Below the pieces are notes generated by a model. It was not told where the DNA came from. It worked only from the letters and a program-made list of their open reading frames with translations, and did not search any database. DNA of 64,000 bases. Origin: Trueperaceae bacterium (GTDB taxonomy: Bacteria > Deinococcota > Deinococci > Deinococcales > Trueperaceae). The position numbers and the translations under genes were made by a program. Positions 10,284 to 19,485 of the stretch are shown piece by piece (position 1 is the first letter of the stretch; every line of letters starts with the position of its first letter). The DNA lies in NCBI GenBank assembly GCA_965213925.1, contig OZ243927.1, positions 1,728,001 through 1,792,000 on the forward strand. Reading direction: 5' to 3'.

Positions 10284-11648
10284 ATGTCGGATGATTTCAC
10301 CTACCCTCTCACCCGCGTTTGCTTGCGTTCGGGGCAGCTCACCCTCCCCCAAAACATGCTCCACCTCTTTCCAGACGAAGGCACCGTCCACGTTCTCGAC
10401 ACGAGCACCGACGGCGAGTTCGAGCTGACCATGCGCACGCCCCGGCACGTGGCGGGGCTCTCCGAGTTTTTTGAGACGCACAACTTAGAGGTGAACGACC
10501 GGGTGAAACTGAAGCGGTTAGACGACGGGCGCGTCTCGCTGACCCCTCTAGTCCGCCCTAAAAAGACCGACTACGCGCGCCCCGAGATGGTGCGCGCCCT
10601 CTTAGAGAAGATTGTCGAACTCGCCCCGATGTCCGAAGCGGAAATTCGCAACGTCGCGCCCGACTTGCCCGCCGAGTTCGAGCTTAGGGAGCTTTTGGAA
10701 TCCGACGAACGTCTCGCGCTCAACCACGAAGGGCGCTGGGCGCTCTCGGACAAGGAGCGGACGAGGGAGCCGGGCGCGGACGAAGGCGAAGAAACGGCCT
10801 CTAAAGCGAGTCGTCCTACGGTGACCTCTTACGCACAGGACCGCGAGTTGGAGTACCTCTCGCTCAACTCGGCGGCGCAGGGCTTGGGCGACGCCACCCT
10901 CTTCACCCGCGCTAGGAGCGCCCTCCAAGCCTTCGGCTTCCGCGTCGAGGCGACCCCCCACGCGCAGCTTTTGGCCCACGCCGAGCTAGGCAGACACCAC
11001 TACAGCGCCCTTATCCACCTCCACAGCGAAGGTGCTAAGCCCGACTGGAACAAGCTAGTCACGCGCCGCCGCGAGGCGGGCGCGACCTACCTGGCGATCT
11101 TTGGGTCACACCGCGAACTGCTGCGCCTTCAGAAACACGCTGGTCAGTCGAAGGTCACGCTCTGGTCTTGGCAGGGCCTAACCCGCGCTCAGGACCTCTC
11201 TCAGAGCGTGCCGACGAGCCCCTTCGACCTGGAGCCGCATTTCGCCAGAGACGGGCTTTTCGACGCGGGGCTCGCCCGCTTCGAGCGCACTGTGCAGAGT
11301 CGCATCACCGAGCGCGGTCACTTCTCGCTCGTCTTGTCGCAGCTGGCGACGATGAGAGCGCCGACGGTCTTTCTGCTCGACGACGTGTTGACGGACGGAC
11401 ACTTTCCTAGGGACCAAGCGCTGAGCGTGTTAGAAGGACTTGCCCAAGCGCCCTTTCACATGGTCAGCAAGGTGGGCAGCGGCGAGTTTTGTCTGCGCGT
11501 AAACGTGTCCGAGACCTTGACGCACCTCTCCGACTACGCCCTGTCGCTCCGCGAGCGTTTGCCTACAAGACGCACCGAGCGGCTGCGCGGTACGGGTGAA
11601 GAGGTCGAGGAGACCGAGGCTAAGCAAACCAAGCAAGCGCGGGAGTAG
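10284..11648 (+). CDS. Hypothetical protein
   Basis: Long ORF with host-like codon usage; ATG 10284 after GGGGAG SD. Confidence 0.75.
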   Translation: MSDDFTYPLTRVCLRSGQLTLPQNMLHLFPDEGTVHVLDTSTDGEFELTMRTPRHVAGLSEFFETHNLEVNDRVKLKRLDDGRVSLTPLVRPKKTDYARPEMVRALLEKIVELAPMSEAEIRNVAPDLPAEFELRELLESDERLALNHEGRWALSDKERTREPGADEGEETASKASRPTVTSYAQDRELEYLSLNSAAQGLGDATLFTRARSALQAFGFRVEATPHAQLLAHAELGRHHYSALIHLHSEGAKPDWNKLVTRRREAGATYLAIFGSHRELLRLQKHAGQSKVTLWSWQGLTRAQDLSQSVPTSPFDLEPHFARDGLFDAGLARFERTVQSRITERGHFSLVLSQLATMRAPTVFLLDDVLTDGHFPRDQALSVLEGLAQAPFHMVSKVGSGEFCLRVNVSETLTHLSDYALSLRERLPTRRTERLRGTGEEVEETEAKQTKQARE

Positions 11649-11672
11649 GGGCGATTCATGAATCGCCCCTAC
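11645..11672. repeat. GTAG-type REP palindrome
   Basis: Perfect 28-bp palindrome GTAGGGGCGATTCATGAATCGCCCCTAC overlapping a stop codon between convergent genes. Confidence 0.8.
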
Positions 11673-11727
11673 GGGGTAGCGTTTTGAGGAGATAGAGCGT
11701 GTGGTTCGTCCTACGCGGTTAGCGTCA

Positions 11728-12165
11728 TCACGACGTCCTCGAGACGTACTCCTCTTCCTCTTCGAGGGTCTCATACCTGAGTTTCTCCAAACCCGCGAAG
11801 AGCGCGGAGAGCCCCGCCGCAAGTTCGATGCCTAAAATCATGAGGTTGAGTGGCGTCACCGCGAAGTCGATAGGTAGGATGCTCAAAAAGCGACCGAAGC
11901 CAATCGTGAGCCAGACGAAACTCGCCGCGAGCACCCAAGGCCGCCCCCGCGGCCGCGACGCGAGCCCCCACACCATCGCCGCCGCCACGCCGATAAAGAG
12001 CACGCCGAAAACCGCCCGCATCGTGCTGAGACCGCGCGGACCCTCGATGCTCAGCCCTACGAACTCCGACATGAAAAAGGGGTTAATGAGACCCAATATG
12101 CCTACGGCTAAAGTGAATAGCGCAGATACGTAGGCGAGCTGCGTGCGTTTGCTCATGCCCATCAT
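11728..12165 (-). CDS. Small membrane protein (DUF4345-like)
   Basis: About 4 hydrophobic segments; MRAVFG and GRFLS motifs. Confidence 0.7.
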   Translation of the reverse strand: MMGMSKRTQLAYVSALFTLAVGILGLINPFFMSEFVGLSIEGPRGLSTMRAVFGVLFIGVAAAMVWGLASRPRGRPWVLAASFVWLTIGFGRFLSILPIDFAVTPLNLMILGIELAAGLSALFAGLEKLRYETLEEEEEYVSRTS

Positions 12166-12533
12166 CCTACTTCTCGAGCCTTGCCGTCATAGCTTAAAAC
12201 GTGCACGTGCGTGTGAAAGACCTCTTGCCCCGCGCCCGCCCCGAGGTTGACGACGAGCCGGTAGTCCTTCACGTCGTTCGCGCGCGCCGCTCTAACCGCC
12301 GCCTCGAAAAGCGCCCCCACGTCCTCCTTGCCCTGCGCGTCCAACATCTCGTCTAGGCGCGGGCTGTGCTTTTTAGGGACTACCAGAAAGTGAACCGGCG
12401 CTTTAGGCTGAATGTCCTTAAAGGCTAAAAAGTGCTCATCCTCGTACACGCGGTCCGCAGAGATGTCACCGTCGATAATTTTTTGGAAGATGCTCCGGTT
12501 GTCTGCGCTGTCTTTGCCGCTCTCGTTCGCCAT
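12162..12533 (-). CDS. HIT-family nucleotide-binding protein
   Basis: SIFQKII, PKAPVHFLVVPK, GQEVFHTHVH triad; start reassigned to ATG 12533. Confidence 0.92.
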   Translation of the reverse strand: MANESGKDSADNRSIFQKIIDGDISADRVYEDEHFLAFKDIQPKAPVHFLVVPKKHSPRLDEMLDAQGKEDVGALFEAAVRAARANDVKDYRLVVNLGAGAGQEVFHTHVHVLSYDGKAREVG

Positions 12534-12636
12534 AATGAGGTAGTTTACCCGAAGGCGCAGCTCGGTGTCGGAACTTGCGCCCAGATGAAAAACTTCACCC
12601 CCCCGGTCAGCGCGACAAGTGTTACCATAATAAGCT

Positions 12637-12942
12637 GTGACGCTCCGCCTATTTTTTCTGACGATTCTCGTTCTAGCGCTCCCGCTGCCCGTGCAGCCTT
12701 GGGGCGTTAGCAGCGACGAATCCTCGGGCATGAGCGCGCCTGTGCCGATGGTCGCGGAGCCTGCGCAGCGCCTTATCCTGCCGAGAGTCGGTAAGAACAG
12801 TTTTCACCTCTTGCCCCCGCTCATCGCCAGTTTCACGGTTGCCGTATGCGCCGCGCGCCTCATCACGTCGAAACGCCTAACGGGCGCCGCGCGGCGGCGC
12901 ACCTTCTTGGTGTTCGGGAAGTTGAGGCTCGAGGGGGGCTAA
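12637..12942 (+). CDS. Signal-peptide/TM upstream ORF of secDF, candidate arrest peptide
   Basis: Hydrophobic N-terminus MTLRLFFLTILVLALPLP; C-terminus RRRTFLVFGKLRLEGG-stop; same strand, directly before secDF. Confidence 0.65.
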   Translation: MTLRLFFLTILVLALPLPVQPWGVSSDESSGMSAPVPMVAEPAQRLILPRVGKNSFHLLPPLIASFTVAVCAARLITSKRLTGAARRRTFLVFGKLRLEGG

Positions 12943-13037
12943 AAGCAGCGATTAGCTTTTAGCAAAAGCCTCTAAGCTAACGGCTAACAGCCTTTCACCC
13001 AATCTCGAGACTCAATCCTCTTAACAGAGCAACTCAG

Positions 13038-13269
13038 TACTCTGTTAATTAAAAGATGAGTGATGTCATTCTAAACGGAGCCCTACGGCGAGCGTAGGAT
13101 AGACTCCGCGGAGTGAAAGAATCTCTGACCTTGCTGACTCCTCTGACAGAGAACGAAAGTTACAGAGTTTTGGCATAGCCAAACGAGACCCTTACGCCTT
13201 CGCCGGACTTCGTCTGACTGCGTGAACAGGGTGACATGTAAGAGGTATCAAAACTAACTTAACAGTGCA
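13038..13269 (+). mobile_element. MITE family A copy 2
   Basis: TIRs TACTCTGTTAATTAAA / AACTAACTTAACAGTGCA; CTCAG duplicated at 13033-13037 and 13270-13274. Confidence 0.9.
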
Positions 13270-13283
13270 CTCAGGAGAAAAAT

Positions 13284-15500
13284 ATGAATCAACGCTCATT
13301 CACGGGCATCCTCGTCCTTGGCGTTCTACTCGCCGCCATTCTTTACATGTGGCAGCCGTGGGCGGAGGACGCCTCGCTCAAACTCGGCTTAGACTTGCAG
13401 GGCGGCTTGCGCGTCGTTTTGCAAGCTGACGACCCCGACCCCGTACCCGAAGACCTCCAGGCAGCGCGGCGCGTTATCGAAAACCGCGTCAACGAGTTCG
13501 GCGTGGCGGAGCCCATCATTCAGACCTCGGGCGCGAACCGCATCGTCGTCGAGCTGCCCGGCTTGACGGCGGAGGAGCAAAACCGCGCGCAAGACCTCAT
13601 CGGACAACAAGCGATTTTAGAGTTTCGCCTCGTCAGACCGGGCGCGAGCGAACCCCTCACGCCGGACAAGCTGCAACCCGCTTCCTTCACGGGTGAGGTG
13701 CTGCGCGGCGCGCAAGTGGCGTACGACCAGTTCGGCCAGCCGATTGTTACCTTCCAGATTCGCGGGGCTGACGCGCCCGCGTTCGGGCAGTTTACGGGCA
13801 GCAACTTGGGGCAGCGCATGGCGGTCGTCTTGGACGGCAACGTCATCACCGCGCCCAACATCAACGGGCGCATCGCCGAGAGCGGGCAGATCGAGGGGCA
13901 GTTCACACTCGAGGAAGCCTCCGACTTAGCCCTCGTCCTCCGCTCGGGCAGCCTTCCCATCTCGCTCAACATCGAAGAGATTCGCGCCATCGGCCCGACG
14001 TTGGGTCAGGACTCGGTCGCAGCCGGTACGACCGCCGCGATTATCGGCGGTATCGCCGTCGTCGCCGCGGTTATTCTCTACTACGGTCCACTTTTCGGCG
14101 GCGTTTTGACGGTCGGTCTCATCTACGTCTTGCTCCTCATCTTCGGCATCCTCTCCGGTCTCGGCGCGGCGCTCACGCTGCCCGGTCTGGCCGGTCTCGT
14201 CTTGACCATCGGCGCGGCGGTGGACGGCAACGTCATCTCGTTTGAGCGCATCAAAGAGGAGCTGCGCGAAGGCAAAAGCCTGCGCCTCTCCATGCGGAGC
14301 GGTTTCAGCAACTCGCTCTCGGCGATCATCGACGCGAACGTCACGACGCTTTTAGCGGCGGCGGCGCTGTACCAGTACACCTCGGGTCCGGTGCGCGGCT
14401 TCGCTATCACGTTAGCCATCGGCATCGTGTCGGCGGTCTTTGTGAACACCGTCGTCGTGCCCTTTTTGCTCGACGTGCTCACGGTGCGCTTCAAAAAGCC
14501 GCTCATGCCCAAAGGTTTTTACTTCACCGACCTCAAGTTCGTTTCGCGTGCGCCCATCGTTATGAGCATCTCGGGCGGACTCGCGCTCTTGGCGCTCCTC
14601 ATCGTCATCGTGAGCCCCTTAAACCTCTCGACGGACTTCACGGGCGGCACGAGCGCGCTCTATAGCGTCTCGGAAGAGACGACCATCGACGAGGTGCGCA
14701 CCGCCATCAGCGAACTCAGGCTGCCCGGCGTGGACGGCGGCTCGGCGACGGTGCAAGAGGTGCAAGACACCACGATTCGTACAGAGGGAGGTGCAGAAGG
14801 CGGCACGGACGACGCCGAAGCAGCAGCGGGCGCGAACAAACTCCTCTCGGTGCGTATCGGCGTTAGCGAGGACAGCGGGGCGCGGGGTGAATTTCCGAAC
14901 CTCTTAGCGGAGCGGCTTGACGCGGAACTCTTGCAGGCCGACTTCGTCGGTCCCTCCGTCGGCGAAGACCTGCGCAACGGCGCGGTCTTGGCGGTGCTCG
15001 TCTCGCTCGGGCTGATCTTGCTCTACGTCGGGCTGCGCTTCTGGCCGAACTGGATCGTCGCGGTCGCCGCGATTCTGGCGTCGATTCACGACGTCGGCAT
15101 CGTGATGGGCTTTTTGGACCTCATCGGCGCAGAGTTCGGCGTGCCCGTTTTGGCGGCGCTTCTCTTCGTTGTCGGTTACTCCTTAAACGACTCCATCATC
15201 ATCGCGGACAGAATTCGCGAGAACTTGCGCAAGGTGCGCGGGCGTTCGTACAACGACATCATCGACCTTTCGGTGAGCCAGACGCTCTCGCGCACCGTCG
15301 TGACCTCGGGCACGACGCTCCTGCCCGTGTTGGCGCTCCTCTTCTTCGGCGGCAGCGTCTTGCGCGACTTCAGCATCACGCTCCTAGTGGGCATCGGCTT
15401 CGGGACGTACTCGAGCATCTTCATCCTCGCCCCGATGGTGGCGTGGTTCAAGAAGCGTCAGCGCAAGCCTAAGACCGCGGTGCGTAAAAGCGCAGCTTAA
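13284..15500 (+). CDS. secDF: Protein translocase SecDF (fused)
   Basis: LGLDLQGG, IGAAVDGNV, DFTGG, GYSLNDSIIIADRIREN. Confidence 0.95.
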   Translation: MNQRSFTGILVLGVLLAAILYMWQPWAEDASLKLGLDLQGGLRVVLQADDPDPVPEDLQAARRVIENRVNEFGVAEPIIQTSGANRIVVELPGLTAEEQNRAQDLIGQQAILEFRLVRPGASEPLTPDKLQPASFTGEVLRGAQVAYDQFGQPIVTFQIRGADAPAFGQFTGSNLGQRMAVVLDGNVITAPNINGRIAESGQIEGQFTLEEASDLALVLRSGSLPISLNIEEIRAIGPTLGQDSVAAGTTAAIIGGIAVVAAVILYYGPLFGGVLTVGLIYVLLLIFGILSGLGAALTLPGLAGLVLTIGAAVDGNVISFERIKEELREGKSLRLSMRSGFSNSLSAIIDANVTTLLAAAALYQYTSGPVRGFAITLAIGIVSAVFVNTVVVPFLLDVLTVRFKKPLMPKGFYFTDLKFVSRAPIVMSISGGLALLALLIVIVSPLNLSTDFTGGTSALYSVSEETTIDEVRTAISELRLPGVDGGSATVQEVQDTTIRTEGGAEGGTDDAEAAAGANKLLSVRIGVSEDSGARGEFPNLLAERLDAELLQADFVGPSVGEDLRNGAVLAVLVSLGLILLYVGLRFWPNWIVAVAAILASIHDVGIVMGFLDLIGAEFGVPVLAALLFVVGYSLNDSIIIADRIRENLRKVRGRSYNDIIDLSVSQTLSRTVVTSGTTLLPVLALLFFGGSVLRDFSITLLVGIGFGTYSSIFILAPMVAWFKKRQRKPKTAVRKSAA

Positions 15501-15709
15501 TACACTGTTAGCTAAAAAATGAGCCATGTCATTCTGAACGTAACGAAGTGGAGTGAAAGAATCTCTGCCTTTGCCTCCTCTTCTGCGAGAGCGCGCGAGA
15601 CGAGACCCCTCGACGGAGTCTATCCTACGTTCACCGTAGGGCGGAGTCTATCCTGTCAAGGGCTCCGCTCGGGGTGACAACAATGTTGCAAAATTTGGTC
15701 AACGATATA
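15501..15709 (+). mobile_element. MITE family A copy 3
   Basis: Starts TACACTGTTAGCTAAA directly after the secDF stop (left flank CTTAA); right TIR degenerate. Confidence 0.85.
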
Positions 15710-15830
15710 CCTGATACTGCTTCTGGAGAATTCCTATAAGAAGATTCTTGCGGAGCAGCGTGGCATATAAATTGGTGAAAGGTAGAACGAGGAGCGAGCT
15801 TAGTACTTGCTCCTCATCTTTTTACATCCT

Positions 15831-17078
15831 TCACGTCGTCAGCGCCTTTGCTAACAACCCGCTATGTCCGAACGCCGTGCGCGTCAGCGGGAAGCGCACG
15901 GCGTTCGGCGCGTGCGCGAAAAGTCGCGCCATCGTCTCGGCTTGGTCTTTCACGCTGAGCGTCCCCGAGAGGTAGCCCTGCCAGAGGGGTGCGGGAAGTT
16001 CGAAAAAGGCTGCTAAGAAACTTCTAAGCTGCGCTCCGTCCAGTTTGAGCTGCGCTTCTAAGCCGAAGAGGTAGAGCGAGCGTTGACGTACCTTAGAGGC
16101 GGACCACAAGGTGTTCCAGGCGAGGTTGGAGACGCCCGTTACGTCCCCCCTTCCCAACGCTTGCGCTACGGTTTTCGCAAGCGTCGGCGCTGTATTCAAA
16201 ACCGACGCCATCATGTACCCCGACGCCGGGTGCACCATGCTCGCCGCGCCGCCGAAACCCACCACGCGCTGAGAGAGGTCAGGTAGGGGCAAGCCCATCG
16301 GAAAGAGGCAGCGCTCAGCTTCAGTAGTTTCTTTAACGGTGACACCACGATGTGCCAAGCGACGGTAGAGGCGTTTTTGTAGCACGTCTAAAGACATACC
16401 AGGACGGCGCACCAGCGAGGTTTCCTCCACGAAGTAAAGCCCGCCGCCCAAATCCATCGCGTAGAGGAAGGTGGGCTCTTTGCGCTCCGCGTCGCTCAAG
16501 TGCGCGTCGCGGAAGTCCATGAGCACCATCTGGCCTGCGGGAATCGGGGGGGCGGAAAAGTAGCCGGTGACGCCGTAAGCAGCTTGAAAAGCGATTTGAG
16601 AGGCGCGCGGACGTTCGACCAGGGCGGGGAAATGACCGCTCGCGTCGATGACCAAGCGGGCGCGGTGGCGCTGACCCTCGCGGCACCTCACCTCGGAGTG
16701 ACTCGAGGTGTGCGCCACCTCAGCGGCGTGCCCTCTAAGAAACTGCACCTCGCCGCGCTCGCAACGCTTTAAGGTTCGCGCTTGGAGTTTGGCGTTGTCG
16801 AGACGACCGTACGAACGTTCTAGTCCGACCTCTTGCTCGCCCTGATGTCCACCCCGATTTCCTATGTAGACCAGCGGCGCGGACCACGTCTGTGTAAAGT
16901 TGACGTAGCCTAGCGCGGCGACCTCGTCCGTCCACACGCCGTACGAGTTGGGCCAAGGTACGACGCCGTCCGGCGCTAGACATGCTACCCCCAAGCCCGC
17001 GCCGCTAAGCTCCGCCGCGAGCAGCAAGCTCGAGGGTCCCGCGCCTACGACGAGGACGTCATAAATGTCAGCCTTCAA
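15831..17078 (-). CDS. Lycopene cyclase (CrtL/CrtLm type)
   Basis: VVGAGP FAD motif, WPNSYGVW, MDFR, PTFLYAM, VEETSLV, GGAASMVHPASGY. Confidence 0.9.
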   Translation of the reverse strand: MKADIYDVLVVGAGPSSLLLAAELSGAGLGVACLAPDGVVPWPNSYGVWTDEVAALGYVNFTQTWSAPLVYIGNRGGHQGEQEVGLERSYGRLDNAKLQARTLKRCERGEVQFLRGHAAEVAHTSSHSEVRCREGQRHRARLVIDASGHFPALVERPRASQIAFQAAYGVTGYFSAPPIPAGQMVLMDFRDAHLSDAERKEPTFLYAMDLGGGLYFVEETSLVRRPGMSLDVLQKRLYRRLAHRGVTVKETTEAERCLFPMGLPLPDLSQRVVGFGGAASMVHPASGYMMASVLNTAPTLAKTVAQALGRGDVTGVSNLAWNTLWSASKVRQRSLYLFGLEAQLKLDGAQLRSFLAAFFELPAPLWQGYLSGTLSVKDQAETMARLFAHAPNAVRFPLTRTAFGHSGLLAKALTT

Positions 17079-18247
17079 TAGCGCTCATCCACCACGAGGT
17101 CGCCCGTCACCGAATCCTCCACGTGAATTTCGTTCATGCCGACGCCCAGCGCGCTTCGGATGCGCTTCGCCAGCTCGAACGTGTTGGTGTCCGGGTCGCC
17201 CTCGACGTGCAGCGCGGCGACGTCGGTGCCGTCCGCGCCGCGTTTCACGCGCAGTTGGTAGTTGCGGAAGTTGAGCCCTTCGGTCGCGGCGAGGAGAAAC
17301 AGTAACTCGCGCGGATAGACCTTGACCCCTTTGAGCTTGACCATCGTGTCGGTGCGCCCGAAGACGCCCCTGGGTAAAACGTTATCCGACCCCTTGAGCG
17401 TGAGGTCGCCCGTCAAAAAGCGGAGCATGGGCATCCCTTCACGGGTCAAACTTGTGATGACGACCTCGCCCTTGTCGCCCTCTGCGACGGGCTCGAGCGT
17501 CTGCGGGTCCAACACCTCGACGATGGCGGCTTCGGGGACCAGGTGCATCCCATCCCGCGCCGACGTCTCCGCCGCGATGACGCCCGTCTCGCTGAGCCCG
17601 TAGGCGTCGTACGCGGTACATTCCAAACTCGCCTCGACCTCTTCGCGCAGCCCCGGCACGGCGCTGAAGGGCTCGCCCGCCGCCAGGAGCGTCTCGAAGC
17701 GCCCGCCCGCCGCGCCGATTTTGCCCGCGAAGCTCGGATTGGAGACGAGCACGTTGAAGCCGTACGTCCGCGCGATGTCCACGACCGTGTCGGCGTCGCT
17801 CGGTCCTAGCGCGAGCACGGCCGCACCCAAAGCGGTGAGCCCCTCGTGAAAGAGCCAGCCGCCCGCGAGCATGTGGTAGCTAAAGACGACCAAGCAGCGG
17901 TCCCCAGCGCCCAGCCCGCAACGCCCCACCTGCTCGCGGACGGCGTCGGCTTGCCACCTGATGTCTTGCGCGGTGAGATACTCAGGCATCCTGCCGCCCG
18001 GCGCGGGCGTGAGGTGCATCTGGACGATATCGTCTGTGGTGCCATCTGCCAAAAAGCCCCCGTGCGGGTCATCACGCCCAGCGTGCGCCTTGAAGTGCTC
18101 GGTGAGGTCGTTTCTAGTCACGAAAGGCAGCGTGCTCACGTCGTCTGCGCTCAAGGCGTTCGGGTCTACGTCGCGCAGCCGCTCCTCGTAGAAGGGGAGC
18201 TGCTTGGCTCGAGAGACGATGTGGCGAAGTCGGTCGGTTCTATCCAT
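17075..18247 (-). CDS. Phenylacetate-CoA ligase (PaaK)-like adenylate-forming protein
   Basis: YDAYGLSE, RFLTGD, GRTDTMVKLKGVKVYP motifs. Confidence 0.8.
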   Translation of the reverse strand: MDRTDRLRHIVSRAKQLPFYEERLRDVDPNALSADDVSTLPFVTRNDLTEHFKAHAGRDDPHGGFLADGTTDDIVQMHLTPAPGGRMPEYLTAQDIRWQADAVREQVGRCGLGAGDRCLVVFSYHMLAGGWLFHEGLTALGAAVLALGPSDADTVVDIARTYGFNVLVSNPSFAGKIGAAGGRFETLLAAGEPFSAVPGLREEVEASLECTAYDAYGLSETGVIAAETSARDGMHLVPEAAIVEVLDPQTLEPVAEGDKGEVVITSLTREGMPMLRFLTGDLTLKGSDNVLPRGVFGRTDTMVKLKGVKVYPRELLFLLAATEGLNFRNYQLRVKRGADGTDVAALHVEGDPDTNTFELAKRIRSALGVGMNEIHVEDSVTGDLVVDERY

Positions 18248-18378
18248 AGCGCTCCTCGTTATCTATAGGCGGTGCACCACGTTTCGTGTTGGAAGCCCCG
18301 CGAAGTCTGTGAGAGAGGTGCTTGCGCATTCACCTGCGTACGAAACGGGACACCTTGTAGTTTTTCTGTCGAACTAAC

Positions 18379-18584
18379 TACACTGTTAAGCAAAAAATGA
18401 ACCATGTCATTCTGAACGAAACGAAGTGAAGTGAAAGAATCTCTGCCCTTGCTGACTCCTCTTGCAGAGAGTGCGAGTTACAAAGTTTTGACGTAGTCAA
18501 ACGAGACCCTCACGCCTTCGCCGGACTTCGTCTGACTGCGTGAACAGGGTGACAACAGTGTTGCAGAATTTAGTTGACAGTGTA
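18379..18584 (+). mobile_element. MITE family A copy 4
   Basis: TACACTGTTAAGCAAA ... TTTAGTTGACAGTGTA; flanks CTAAC / CTCAT. Confidence 0.9.
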
Positions 18585-18643
18585 CTCATCATGTCGGTCT
18601 CTCGCCACTATACCTCTTCGCTCGAGCAAGTTTAGATAACCCC

Positions 18644-19423
18644 TCAGAGAACAACCCTCGTCCCCGCCTCTCCCGTCAGTGCGCGTTCCAACGTCCCCGG
18701 CACCCGCCCATCCGCAATCACCGCGAAGCGCGCGCCCTTGTCGAGCGCGTCCAGTGCCGCCTCGACTTTAGGAATCATGCCGCCCGCGATGCGCCCGTCT
18801 CGGATGCGCGCGTCGACCTCTTGCTTGGAGAGTTCGTTGAGGAGGCTCTCGGGGTCTTCGGGGCGGTCCAGGACGCCGGGTATATTGCTCAGAAAGACGA
18901 CCGGGGCGGCTAGCGCGCCCGCCACCGCGCCCGCGACGCTGTCGGCGTTGACGTTGAGAACCTCCGGTTTGTCCCGCACCCCGGCGATACAGGCAATCAC
19001 GGGCGTGAGCGGCAGCGCGAGAAGCTGCCGCAGCACCTCCCGGTTGACCTCGACCACCCTGCCGACGTGACCGAGCACAGTATTTGAAGGTATGTCTAAA
19101 GGTTCGGCGATGAGCAACCCCACGTCCCGCCCGGTGAGCCCTACCGCGCCGCCGACCTCTTGCGCCAAGACCTTGCCGAGCCGGGTCAACACGCTCTCAA
19201 TGACGAGTAAGCTGGCGTCGTCTGTGACCCGTAGCCCGCGCACGAAGGCGCTGGGGATGTTCGCGTTGAGGAGCGCCTCGCCGATAAAGGGACCGCCGCC
19301 GTGTACGACGATGGGCGCGTAGGTCTCTCTCAACAGGGCGATCTCCGCCGCGACGCGCCTGCGGAGCGCCACGTCGGTCATGGCGTTGCCGCCATACTTG
19401 ATGACGATAGGGGAGCCGGTCAC
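18644..19423 (-). CDS. argB: Acetylglutamate kinase
   Basis: VIKYGGNAM, VHGGGP, GLRVTD, NVNAD, GGMIPKV. Confidence 0.88.
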   Translation of the reverse strand: MTGSPIVIKYGGNAMTDVALRRRVAAEIALLRETYAPIVVHGGGPFIGEALLNANIPSAFVRGLRVTDDASLLVIESVLTRLGKVLAQEVGGAVGLTGRDVGLLIAEPLDIPSNTVLGHVGRVVEVNREVLRQLLALPLTPVIACIAGVRDKPEVLNVNADSVAGAVAGALAAPVVFLSNIPGVLDRPEDPESLLNELSKQEVDARIRDGRIAGGMIPKVEAALDALDKGARFAVIADGRVPGTLERALTGEAGTRVVL

Positions 19424-19485
19424 TGACCTAGTTTACCGCTCCCTTTGCGGCAGTTTTGCAACGCAGTGGATACACCTCTCGAGGC

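Noticed and set aside
12534..12731. N-terminal extension of the HIT ORF
   Set aside because: Overlaps the divergent ORF; HIT similarity begins after ATG 12533.
12637..12942. yajC
   Set aside because: The position fits but no YajC-like sequence is recognisable.
13038..15709. Composite transposon carrying secDF
   Set aside because: Copy 2 has its own duplication, the outer flanks differ, and the copies are divergent, so these are independent insertions.
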